Origin: Delftia acidovorans NBRC 14950
GTDB taxonomy: Bacteria; Pseudomonadota; Gammaproteobacteria; Burkholderiales; Burkholderiaceae_C
Direction: 5' to 3'
Length of the DNA stretch: 32,000 nucleotides
Assembly (NCBI RefSeq): GCF_001598795.1
Contig: NZ_BCZP01000009.1
Location: 257,876-289,875 of the forward strand
How positions within the stretch are numbered: the stretch's first letter is position 1; the number at the start of each line of letters is the position of its first letter. The position numbers and the translations under genes were made by a program. Shown in pieces: positions 1 to 7,026 of the stretch. Below the pieces are notes generated by a model that saw only the letters and a list, made by a program, of their open reading frames with translations, was not told the DNA's origin and made no database searches.

Positions 1-2182
1 TTTCCAGGCCTTCAAGCTCCTGCTTCAGCAAAAGCGCAGTTTCCTGTGGCTCGAACTGACGCTGCAGCAGCGGGATGGTGAAGACGTAGCTTGCATCGTG
101 CACGCCGTGGGTTTCATCGCGGCGCAGGACGTAGGCCAGTTGCAGGCGCGCCAGGGACCGGCGCAAGGCCTGGGCCTGGCCGGTGGCGCCGTGGGACTGG
201 ACCAGGGCGTCGAGTGCGGTCAGGCTGGTCTGTCCTTGCTGGGCCGTGTGATAGACGGCGATGCGGTCCAGGCGGCAGGCCTGTTCGTCGGTGCTCAAGC
301 GGCCCCATCCCACCAGCGCGTCCTGCACGGGCTGGGATGCCATGGCCTGGCGCAGGTGGCGTTCTTCGATGACGCGTTCGTCGGGCCCCAGGGCTTCCAG
401 GCATTCCTGGCAGAGGATGGCGACCAGGTTGGCGCGCCTGCCGCTGGCCTCTATCAGCCGCTCGGCCAGAGCGTCGTTGGCAAAGCCCAGGCGCAGCCTG
501 CGCAGCGGTTCGGTGGCCAGGGCGTGACATGCCGCTGGCTCCAATCCACCAATGGCCAGGATTTCGCCGAAGTTGCGCAGCGGCGATTGGTAGTCGAGCA
601 GCGCTGCCGCGTACAGATCCCAGAATCCCGCCAGCATGAACCAGCAACGGCCCTCCTCGCTCAGCGCGCGCAAGGCGCTGAGCTGGGGGTAGCCATTGCG
701 GGCTTCGTCGCGGAAGAACAGGTCGGCCTCGTCGATCAGCAGGTACAGCCGCCTGCCCTGCGACTGCTTTTGCAGGTGTTCGATGATGGCCTCCAGCGGT
801 GTTTCCACGGGAAGGCCGAACTGCGTGGCCAGGCGCGGCGTAAGGCGGTGGTCGCGCAGCGAGATGTAGTGGCAGGCGATGGCCGGATGCTCCTGCAGCC
901 GCCGCTGCACGGCCTTGAGCAGGCTGCTTTTGCCGAGCTGGCGTCCTCCCACGACCAGGTAGTTGGCCGGTTCGCGGTTGAGCACGCGGGCCAGCAGGCG
1001 CTCGCGGCCAAAGAAAACGTCCTCGCGCGTCACGCCGCCGCGCGTCTGGTAGGGCGATATGCGCGTGACCTGCAGCTGCGTGGCCAGCAGCCGCAGCAGC
1101 ACCTGGTCCGGAGCGCCGCCCAGCAGCCATTCGGTCTGCCCCGGGCTGTCCAGCAGCACGTGCAGGTTGGCGCGGTCCTGGGCATGGCGCTGCAGCAGCG
1201 GCATGGGCGACTGGGGATGGTGCGAGCTCACGATGAGCACCACATCGCCGCCGGTTTGCAGCAGGCGCAGCTGGCGCACGAGTTCGCCCTCTTCCAGCTC
1301 CGCTGGGGGCGCATAGACCAGGCAACGGCCCAGGGCGATGGGCAGCTCGGGCGGCAGCGTCCACTCGAACATGTCGCCGGGCACGGGCCACTCGCCTTGC
1401 GCCGGTTTGCAGACGGCGGACAGGCGTTCGGCCAGCGCCCGCACGCGGGCGCCTGGGCTTGCGCCGGCAAGGCGCAGGGCCCGCTGCCAGTCCGGCGGGC
1501 GTATGCCCGCAGCGCGCAAGACGGCGGAACGGCGGCCGGTGAGCTGCAGCAGCCGGTCCAGCTGGGGCAGATGCTGGTAGGGCTTGCGGCGCAGGCGCTC
1601 GGGCTTGAGCTGTGCCGGGCCTATCAGCGGATGGCGCACCAGCCACAGCAGGGCCAGGCAGCCAAAGACCAGTGCGCTGGTCCAGATGACGCTGCGCAGC
1701 CATCCAAAGGGTTCATGCTCGGGCTGGCCCGGCGAGGGGCTGCAGTTCAGCGGCAGGTAGCGCGGCGGAGTCGGAGGCAGGCCGCCCTGGCAGCTCCAGT
1801 CCCAGCGTTGCCTGTCCAGTTGCAGCAGGACCTGGGTTCCGGCGAGCACGCCCATCTGGCTGTCGCGCACCACGTCCGCCTGCAGCACGAATGGACTGGG
1901 CGAGCTCATGCGCACGCGTGGTTCGGCAATGTCCGGCGCCACGCTGGCCAGGTCCTGCGGCCAGCTTTCATGCTGGCGCACATAGTCCATCAGGGCCAGG
2001 CGCCACAGGATGATTTCGTTCCAGACCCGGCCCGAGCTTTCCGCGCCCTGCAGGCTGCTGCGGGTGACGGGGTTGTAGCGGGGCAGCAGGATGGCCGTGC
2101 CGATGAACAGCGTGACCAAGGCGAGCAGCGCGGCGCGCCACCAGGATCTGGGCAGTTGCACAAGCCGACCCAGGCCGCTCAT
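1..2182 (-). CDS. Membrane-anchored P-loop NTPase (Arch_ATPase/STAND-like), 3'-truncated by the window edge; layout TM - pilin-like ectodomain - TM - cytoplasmic ATPase
   Basis: Not in the ORF track because it has no stop inside the window. My manual minus-strand translation from ATG (complement of 2180-2182) stays open to base 2 (727 codons) with GC3-rich codons. It reads MSGLGRLVQLPRSWWRAALLALVTLFIGTAILLPRYNPVTRSS ... WSCQGGLPPTPPRYLPLNCS ... FGWLRSVIWTSALVFGCLALLWLV ... FFGRERLLARVLNREPANYLVVGGRQLGKSSLLKAV (Walker A, about 923-949) ... RRLYLLIDEADLFF (Walker B, about 722-748). The start overlaps the upstream stop as ATGA. Confidence 0.75.
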   Translation of the reverse strand, partial: MSGLGRLVQLPRSWWRAALLALVTLFIGTAILLPRYNPVTRSSLQGAESSGRVWNEIILWRLALMDYVRQHESWPQDLASVAPDIAEPRVRMSSPSPFVLQADVVRDSQMGVLAGTQVLLQLDRQRWDWSCQGGLPPTPPRYLPLNCSPSPGQPEHEPFGWLRSVIWTSALVFGCLALLWLVRHPLIGPAQLKPERLRRKPYQHLPQLDRLLQLTGRRSAVLRAAGIRPPDWQRALRLAGASPGARVRALAERLSAVCKPAQGEWPVPGDMFEWTLPPELPIALGRCLVYAPPAELEEGELVRQLRLLQTGGDVVLIVSSHHPQSPMPLLQRHAQDRANLHVLLDSPGQTEWLLGGAPDQVLLRLLATQLQVTRISPYQTRGGVTREDVFFGRERLLARVLNREPANYLVVGGRQLGKSSLLKAVQRRLQEHPAIACHYISLRDHRLTPRLATQFGLPVETPLEAIIEHLQKQSQGRRLYLLIDEADLFFRDEARNGYPQLSALRALSEEGRCWFMLAGFWDLYAAALLDYQSPLRNFGEILAIGGLEPAACHALATEPLRRLRLGFANDALAERLIEASGRRANLVAILCQECLEALGPDERVIEERHLRQAMASQPVQDALVGWGRLSTDEQACRLDRIAVYHTAQQGQTSLTALDALVQSHGATGQAQALRRSLARLQLAYVLRRDETHGVHDASYVFTIPLLQRQFEPQETALLLKQELEGLE

Positions 2183-3429
2183 GCCTGCAGCACCGCCACG
2201 GCGGCTTCGCGGGCAATGTCGCAGCGCCAGTGCAGATGGGCACCCTCACCTGCTCCGCGCACCTGCAGCAGATTGCCCCAGAACAGGCGCCGCAGCACGG
2301 CATCCTGCAGATAGGGGCGTGCACGGCCCAGCGATGCCGCATCCACCAGCCCGCGCAGTTGCTCGCGCGTGGCAGGTTCCTGCGCCAGGGGCAGCAAGGT
2401 CTGCCACAGGCGGGCGCTGGCCACCAGATGGGCGCGCAGCAGGGGCGAGTGCACGGAAGCGACGCCCACGCCCTGCTCCATCAGCCATTGCAGCGCTTCC
2501 TCGAAAAGCGCGGGATGCCCGCCCGTCAGCGCCTGCAATGCCTCGATGACCTCGGCCGGCCAGGCCGTGCCGGGCCAGCGCTGGTGCGCCATCAGGGCCA
2601 GGTCTTCCAGCGTGGGATCGGGCCAGTGGGCCACCTGGCCGATGTTGAGCAGCGACAGGTCACCGCTGCGGTACTTGAGGTCGGCCAGGGCCTCGCTGCC
2701 GCACAGCAGCAGGTGCAGGCGGCCGCTGTGCATTTCGCTGAGGCTGCGCAGAATGCCGGCCAGTGTCTCGCGCAGCTGCGCCGTGCCCTGCTCGAAGCGG
2801 CTGACCAGGCAGAACAGCCGGCCGCCGGCCAGCAGGCGCTTTTCCAGCAGGGCCTCGAATTCGTAGTCCGAGCCCACTTCGCCCAGCCCGCATTGCCGGC
2901 CCAGGGCCGCAAAGTAGTCGGCCGCAGCCGTGCTCACGCTGTAGGGCGGCTGGATGTGCAACACCGCCTCGGCGCCATACTGGGCGCGGGCGCGCAGCAG
3001 CAGTTCCTGGCGAAACGGGGGCTGCCCCCAGTGCGCGGGCGACAGCAGCATGGTGATGGCATAGGGCCGGGCATGGGCCAGCTGGGCGAAAAGCCGGTCC
3101 ATGAAGCCTGCAAAAGGCTGGGCGCCAGCGGCGGCGGCCTGCAGCGGAAACTCCGTGGCAAAGCCAGCGGCGGAGAACAGGCGATTGGTCTCCGCCTCCG
3201 TCAGACGCAGGTACTGGGCGCAGGCGGCCAGCCGGTCGCGCGAGCGCGGATTGGGCAGGGAAACCCCATTCCTCCAGTTGTTGACGGCTTCCCGGCTCAG
3301 CCCGATCTCGGTGGCCACGCCCGAGGCGCTGGCGCGGATGCGGCGCATGTACAGCCCCAGCAAATGGCCGAAATCCTCGTGAACGCCTGGTGCCACGGCA
3401 GCTCCCTGTTCAATGGCGGTGGGCTGCAT
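2179..3429 (-). CDS. XRE-family HTH protein fused to a degenerate (Walker A/B-less) copy of the neighbouring NTPase module
   Basis: 416-aa track ORF with a true ATG at 3427-3429 and GGAG 8 nt upstream. N-terminal HTH: FGHLLGLYMRRIRASASGVATEIGLSREAVNNWRNGVSLP. The remainder aligns by eye with the ATPase core of the downstream gene, but has LLSPAHWGQPPF in place of GGRQLGKSS and LVSRFEQG in place of LIDEADLF. Confidence 0.8.
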   Translation of the reverse strand: MQPTAIEQGAAVAPGVHEDFGHLLGLYMRRIRASASGVATEIGLSREAVNNWRNGVSLPNPRSRDRLAACAQYLRLTEAETNRLFSAAGFATEFPLQAAAAGAQPFAGFMDRLFAQLAHARPYAITMLLSPAHWGQPPFRQELLLRARAQYGAEAVLHIQPPYSVSTAAADYFAALGRQCGLGEVGSDYEFEALLEKRLLAGGRLFCLVSRFEQGTAQLRETLAGILRSLSEMHSGRLHLLLCGSEALADLKYRSGDLSLLNIGQVAHWPDPTLEDLALMAHQRWPGTAWPAEVIEALQALTGGHPALFEEALQWLMEQGVGVASVHSPLLRAHLVASARLWQTLLPLAQEPATREQLRGLVDAASLGRARPYLQDAVLRRLFWGNLLQVRGAGEGAHLHWRCDIAREAAVAVLQA

Positions 3430-3447
3430 CAGCGACGGCTCCGCTCA

Positions 3448-3469
3448 GGAAAACAGCGCCTGCTGGCGC
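3448..3469 (-). terminator. Weak hairpin plus T-tract between the 2TM gene and the HTH gene (possible terminator/attenuator)
   Basis: The minus strand reads GCGCC-AGCA-GGCGC followed by TGTTTTCC. The stem is only 5 bp. It lies 19 nt upstream of the ATG at 3429. Confidence 0.25.
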
Positions 3470-3576
3470 AGATCCATCCTGCCGGGGCCATGGTCCGTAT
3501 CCTCATCCTGTTCACCCTCTCCTGGGATTCAGCTGGTCTTGTGCAATTTGTTTCATTTTGCCGAGCGCGGATTGTC

Positions 3577-4398
3577 TCAGGATGCGGCATCGCCGCCACC
3601 CTGCCCCGCAAACTCCCGTCGCGCGCCGGCCATGCGGTACAGAGGCAGCACCACCGCCAGCACCAATCCCAAAGCCAGCCAGAACCACAGGCCCTTGCCT
3701 CTGAAGGCCAGGGCCGCAATGACGGTGAAGGCCACGGCCTCGCACAGCCCGCGAAAGCCGGCCCGCAGCATGAACAGCCCCACGATGCCCTGCACGGGCG
3801 ACACGCCGCTCTTGCGCAGGCTGGCCATGGTGTCCAGCAGGGCCTGCACGGATTCCTGGGCCTGGCGGTCACGCTCCTGGTCCCGCTCGCGCAGCCGGGT
3901 GATGGCCATGGGCTGGGCCGGATTGGTCAGGGCGGTGCCGTCGGCGCCCTCTTCCTGGCCGGGCTGCGGATAGACCTCGCCATCCGTATCGACCAGCACC
4001 TGGCGCTCCGGGTAACGGGACAGCCAGGCGTGGTGGCTGACCCATTGGCCAGCATCGAAGTGGTAGCGCTCGCTCTCGCCCACCTGGTCGTAGAAGACAT
4101 GCAGCACCGCCGCCTGCAGGCCGTGCTGGAACAGCGTCTCCAGCAATCGCCAGGGCATGCCGGCCGTGGTGCGGGTGTCAAAGCCCAGCTCCAGGTGCTG
4201 GGGATGGCCCAGGGCGCTGGCATTGGCCCAGTCGTCATCCCACAGCGCGGACCGGTCCAGGGCGGGGTCCAGCTCATGGATCCAGCGCTCGGCCTGCTCC
4301 CAGGACTGCCGGGCCAAGTACTGGCAGATCAGTTGCACGCGGCGCAGCTGCAGGGGCGTATCGAAGAAAAGATAGAGGTGATGGACGTTGCTGGACAT
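3577..4398 (-). CDS. Hypothetical protein: soluble N-terminal domain, charged linker, C-terminal two-TM hairpin
   Basis: Same frame as track ORF 3577..4629. I prefer the start at MSSNVHHLYLFFDTP (ATG = complement of 4396-4398) because the upstream extension is R/G/C-rich junk. The C-terminus has hydrophobic spans IVGLFMLRAGFRGLCEAVAFTVIAALAF and LWFWLALGLVLAVVLPLY. I recognise no family. Confidence 0.6.
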   Translation of the reverse strand: MSSNVHHLYLFFDTPLQLRRVQLICQYLARQSWEQAERWIHELDPALDRSALWDDDWANASALGHPQHLELGFDTRTTAGMPWRLLETLFQHGLQAAVLHVFYDQVGESERYHFDAGQWVSHHAWLSRYPERQVLVDTDGEVYPQPGQEEGADGTALTNPAQPMAITRLRERDQERDRQAQESVQALLDTMASLRKSGVSPVQGIVGLFMLRAGFRGLCEAVAFTVIAALAFRGKGLWFWLALGLVLAVVLPLYRMAGARREFAGQGGGDAAS

Positions 4399-4603
4399 GG
4401 CGGGCCTGAGGCGTTTGCAGGAATGCCGCGATTGTTCAATTGCAGCCGCCAGCCGGCCCTCCCAGGCCTGTCCAGCAGGCGGCTGGCAGGCGCTCCCACC
4501 GGTTGACATTCTGTCCACTGCAAGAAGCGGGATGCAGGCGCTGCGGCGGCGCCCTAGACTGCGGCAATTGCCCACAGCGCCCATACCGCCAACCGCGCCC
4601 GCC

Positions 4604-5335
4604 ATGCACAACCTCCGTCTTTTCGACAACGAAGCTTGCGAATCCGCCCCGCCCGGCCACTGGACGCAGATGGAGCACCAGCTCGATGAGCAAGGCTGCG
4701 CGCGCCTGCCCGGCCTGCTGGATGCGCAGCAGTGCCGCGACCTGGCCGCTCTTTACGCAAGGGAGGACGGCTTTCGCTCCCGCATCGTCATGGCACGCCA
4801 CGGTTTCGGGCGCGGCGAGTACCAATATTTCGACTACCCCTTGCCACCGCTGCTGCAGCGCCTGCGCGAGCAGCTGTATCTGCGCCTGGCGCCGGTGGCC
4901 AATCTCTGGAACCAGCGCATGGGGCTGGAGGTGCGCTATCCGGACCGGCTGCAGGACTTCCTGGCGCGCTGCCACGCGCAGGGCCAGTTGCGGCCCACGC
5001 CGCTCATCCTTCAATACGGTGCGGGCGACTACAACTGCCTGCACCAGGATGTCTATGGAGAGCATGTGTTTCCGCTGCAGGTGGTGCTGCTGCTGTCGCG
5101 GCCCGCGCGGGACTTCACGGGTGGCGAGTTCGTCATCACCCAGGCCGATGGCGACCGGCAGCGGGCCGATGTGATGGCACTGGACCAGGGCGATGCGCTG
5201 GTCCTGGCCGTGCGCCACCGGCCCGTGCCCGGGCGGCGCACCGGCTACCGCCGCGTGGCCATGCGCCATGGGGTCAGCCGCATCCACAGCGGCCATCGCC
5301 ATACCGTGGGGCTGATCTTTCATGACGCACTTTGA
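4604..5335 (+). CDS. 2OG-Fe(II) oxygenase, COG3826 / Oxygenase-NA-like (predicted nucleic-acid base oxygenase)
   Basis: Frame of track ORF 4388..5335; start taken at MHNLRLFDNE (ATG 4604). An alternative ATG at 4532 would add an R/P-rich extension. Motifs: GEYQYFDYPLP, RPTPLILQYGAGDYNCLHQDVYGEHVFPLQVVLLLS (HxD), FTGGEFV, RHGVSRIHSGHRHTVGLIFHDA. Confidence 0.8.
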   Translation: MHNLRLFDNEACESAPPGHWTQMEHQLDEQGCARLPGLLDAQQCRDLAALYAREDGFRSRIVMARHGFGRGEYQYFDYPLPPLLQRLREQLYLRLAPVANLWNQRMGLEVRYPDRLQDFLARCHAQGQLRPTPLILQYGAGDYNCLHQDVYGEHVFPLQVVLLLSRPARDFTGGEFVITQADGDRQRADVMALDQGDALVLAVRHRPVPGRRTGYRRVAMRHGVSRIHSGHRHTVGLIFHDAL

Positions 5336-5338
5336 TGG

Positions 5339-5998
5339 ATGGCCGGTATGAGCACGCTGGATCTTTTCGCCGATGAACATCCCACCGGGGCCGAATCCAT
5401 AGGTCCGCAATCCGTGGTGCTGCGCGGCCATGCCCTGCCCCATGCCGTGCAGTTGCTGGAGGCGGTCGAAGGCATTGCGGCGCGGGCGCCGCTGCGCCAT
5501 CTGGTTACGCCGGGCGGCTTCACCATGTCGGTGGCCATGACCAACTGCGGCGCGCTGGGCTGGACCAGCGACAGGCGCGGCTACCGCTACAGCGCCATCG
5601 ACCCACTCAGCGGCCAGCCCTGGCCGGCCATGCCGGCCGTGTTTGTCCGGCTGGCGGGCGAGGCGGCCGCTGCGGCGGGGTTCGATGGCTTTGTGCCCGA
5701 TGCCTGCCTCATCAACCAGTACCTGCCCGGCACCCGGCTTTCCCTGCACCAGGACCGCGACGAACACGACCTGGGCGCGCCCATTGTCTCGGTGTCCCTG
5801 GGCATGCCCGCCACGTTTCTGTTTGGAGGACTGGCGCGGACAGACAGCACGGCCAGGGTGCCGCTGCAGCATGGCGACGTGGTGGTCTGGGGCGGTGTGG
5901 ATCGGCTGCGCCACCACGGCGTGTTGCCGCTCAAGGACCAGCCTCACCCGCTGCTGGGCGGGCGGCGCATCAATCTCACTTTTCGCAAGGCGGGCTGA
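5339..5998 (+). CDS. alkB: Alpha-ketoglutarate-dependent DNA/RNA dioxygenase AlkB
   Basis: Collinear with E. coli AlkB as I recall it: LDLFAD, VTPGGFTMSVAMTNCGALGWTSDRRGYRYS, PWPAMP, DACLINQYLPGTRLSLHQDRDE (HxD), APIVSVSLG, HGDVVVWGG, RLRHHG, INLTFRKAG. The start may instead be the in-frame ATG at 5348 (MSTLDLFAD). Confidence 0.93.
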   Translation: MAGMSTLDLFADEHPTGAESIGPQSVVLRGHALPHAVQLLEAVEGIAARAPLRHLVTPGGFTMSVAMTNCGALGWTSDRRGYRYSAIDPLSGQPWPAMPAVFVRLAGEAAAAAGFDGFVPDACLINQYLPGTRLSLHQDRDEHDLGAPIVSVSLGMPATFLFGGLARTDSTARVPLQHGDVVVWGGVDRLRHHGVLPLKDQPHPLLGGRRINLTFRKAG

Positions 5999-6700
5999 AT
6001 GGTTGGACGGTCTGAAATGGATAGGCTCAACGGCCAGGATCGCTTCGCCCGCCTGGATTGGGCGCGGATTGCCGCTGAGCTCGATGCCGAAGGCCATGCC
6101 CGGCTGCCGCAGCTGCTGACTGCGGATGAAAGCCGCGCCTTGGCCCGCGAGGCGGCAGCCGCGTCTGGCCTGCCGCCCTGCGTGCAGGCATGGCGCCCGG
6201 TGCTGTACGGGCATCTGCTGGCCCTGGCCAACCGCTGGCGCGAACACATGGGCATGATGCCTGGGTTGCCAGGCTGCTTCGAGGATTTCATGCGTCCGGG
6301 CCGGCAAGCAGGCCAAACGCAGCCACAGCCACATCTGCTGCGCGTGCCGCAAGCGGGTCATGCCCCGCTGCGTTCATACAGCGAAGGTGCGGCGGTGTTT
6401 CCGCTGCAGCTGGTGCTGCTGCTGTCCCGGCCGGGCCAGGATTTCGAGGGCGGCGAATTCGTGATGACCGAGCAGCGCCCGCGCATGCAATCGCGCCCCA
6501 TGGTGCTGCCGCTGGGCCTGGGGGATGCGGCCATCATCGCCACGGGGCCGCGCCCGGTGCGCGGTGCGGCGGGCTTTTACCGCGTGCATCTGCGGCATGC
6601 CATCAGCCGCGTTCACCGTGGCGAGTGGCTGGGTCTGGAGCTGCTTTTGCACGACGTGCCCCAGGCGCCAAAGGCTCTGCAAACGGACCGCTGGCTATAA
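5999..6700 (+). CDS. Degenerate paralogue of the 4604..5335 oxygenase (HxD iron ligands replaced; candidate pseudoenzyme)
   Basis: ATG 5999 directly abuts the alkB stop (TGA 5996-5998). It shares LDAEGHARLPQLL, VFPLQLVLLLSRPGQDFEGGEFVMTEQRPRMQSR and YRVHLRHAISRVHRG...LLLHD with the upstream paralogue. At the LHQD position it reads LRSY, and it lacks the GEYQYFDYPLP segment. Confidence 0.7.
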   Translation: MVGRSEMDRLNGQDRFARLDWARIAAELDAEGHARLPQLLTADESRALAREAAAASGLPPCVQAWRPVLYGHLLALANRWREHMGMMPGLPGCFEDFMRPGRQAGQTQPQPHLLRVPQAGHAPLRSYSEGAAVFPLQLVLLLSRPGQDFEGGEFVMTEQRPRMQSRPMVLPLGLGDAAIIATGPRPVRGAAGFYRVHLRHAISRVHRGEWLGLELLLHDVPQAPKALQTDRWL

Positions 6701-6701
6701 T
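6696..6701 (+). promoter_or_regulatory. Candidate -10 box (TATAAT) for the riboswitch-led operon
   Basis: A perfect TATAAT overlaps the TAA stop at 6698-6700 of the preceding gene. There is no convincing -35 at 17-bp spacing. Confidence 0.3.
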
Positions 6702-6727
6702 GCCGCGCCTGCAAAGGCATCCGTGCA

Positions 6728-7022
6728 ACAGGTGTCCGCATGCCAGCCATGGGGATGAAACGGGAACAAGGTGACTGCCAGCAAATGCTTTTTGCGCTGC
6801 CGGCACAGGCCTTGGCTGCCCCCGCAACGGTAAACAAGTCAAGGCGCTCCATGCCTGTCCCGCCAGTCTCCGCAACCCTGCGGAGGGGCGATGACAGGCT
6901 GTCACTGGTTCATGGCGTGGTCTGCAACATGCAGCTTTTCGCGGGTGGATTGGGAAGACGGGGCGCTGGGCGGAAGGCATGTCCTTGCGCCGCTTGTGAG
7001 CCCGGAGACCGGCCTGCTGCGT
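6728..7022 (+). promoter_or_regulatory. Cobalamin (B12) riboswitch aptamer
   Basis: Hallmark blocks in canonical order: GGTGTCC (6731), GAAACGGGAACAAGGTGA (about 6757-6774), GGCTGCCCCCGCAACGGTAA (about 6814-6833), GTCACTGG (6901) ... TGGGAAGACGG (about 6950-6962), and the B12 box AGCCCGGAGACCGGCC (6999-7014). Internal helices: GCCTGTC/GACAGGC and CTCCGCA-ACCC-TGCGGAG. Confidence 0.85.
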
Positions 7023-7026
7023 TTCG

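Noticed and set aside
98-2314. 738-aa plus-strand ORF, the longest ORF listed at the left edge.
   Set aside because: A/G/Q/L/R-rich composition with no recognisable motifs. It lies exactly antisense to a minus-strand frame that carries clean Walker A/B motifs, TM helices and GC3-biased codons. This is a typical shadow ORF of a GC-rich genome.
2230-4506. 758-aa plus-strand ORF over the HTH/NTPase and 2TM genes. The analogous long ORFs are 4436..6361(-), 7303..9438(-), 25563..27218(-), 28416..30158(+) and 30269..31858(-).
   Set aside because: All are antisense to genes with strong family motifs (AlkB, TonB receptor, SF1 helicase, ricin lectin/DUF218, RHS). They translate to Ala/Gly/Arg/Gln-rich sequence without motifs. 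I treat them as shadow frames.
4399-4603. Search for an Ada-type box or a clear sigma-70 promoter in the gap between the 2TM gene and the divergent alkB operon. I noted TTGACA at 4503-4508 and the palindrome GGCAATTGCC at 4563-4572.
   Set aside because: There is no matching -10 at proper spacing from the TTGACA, and no sequence resembling the E. coli Ada box as I recall it. The 10-bp palindrome alone is not enough to call a site.
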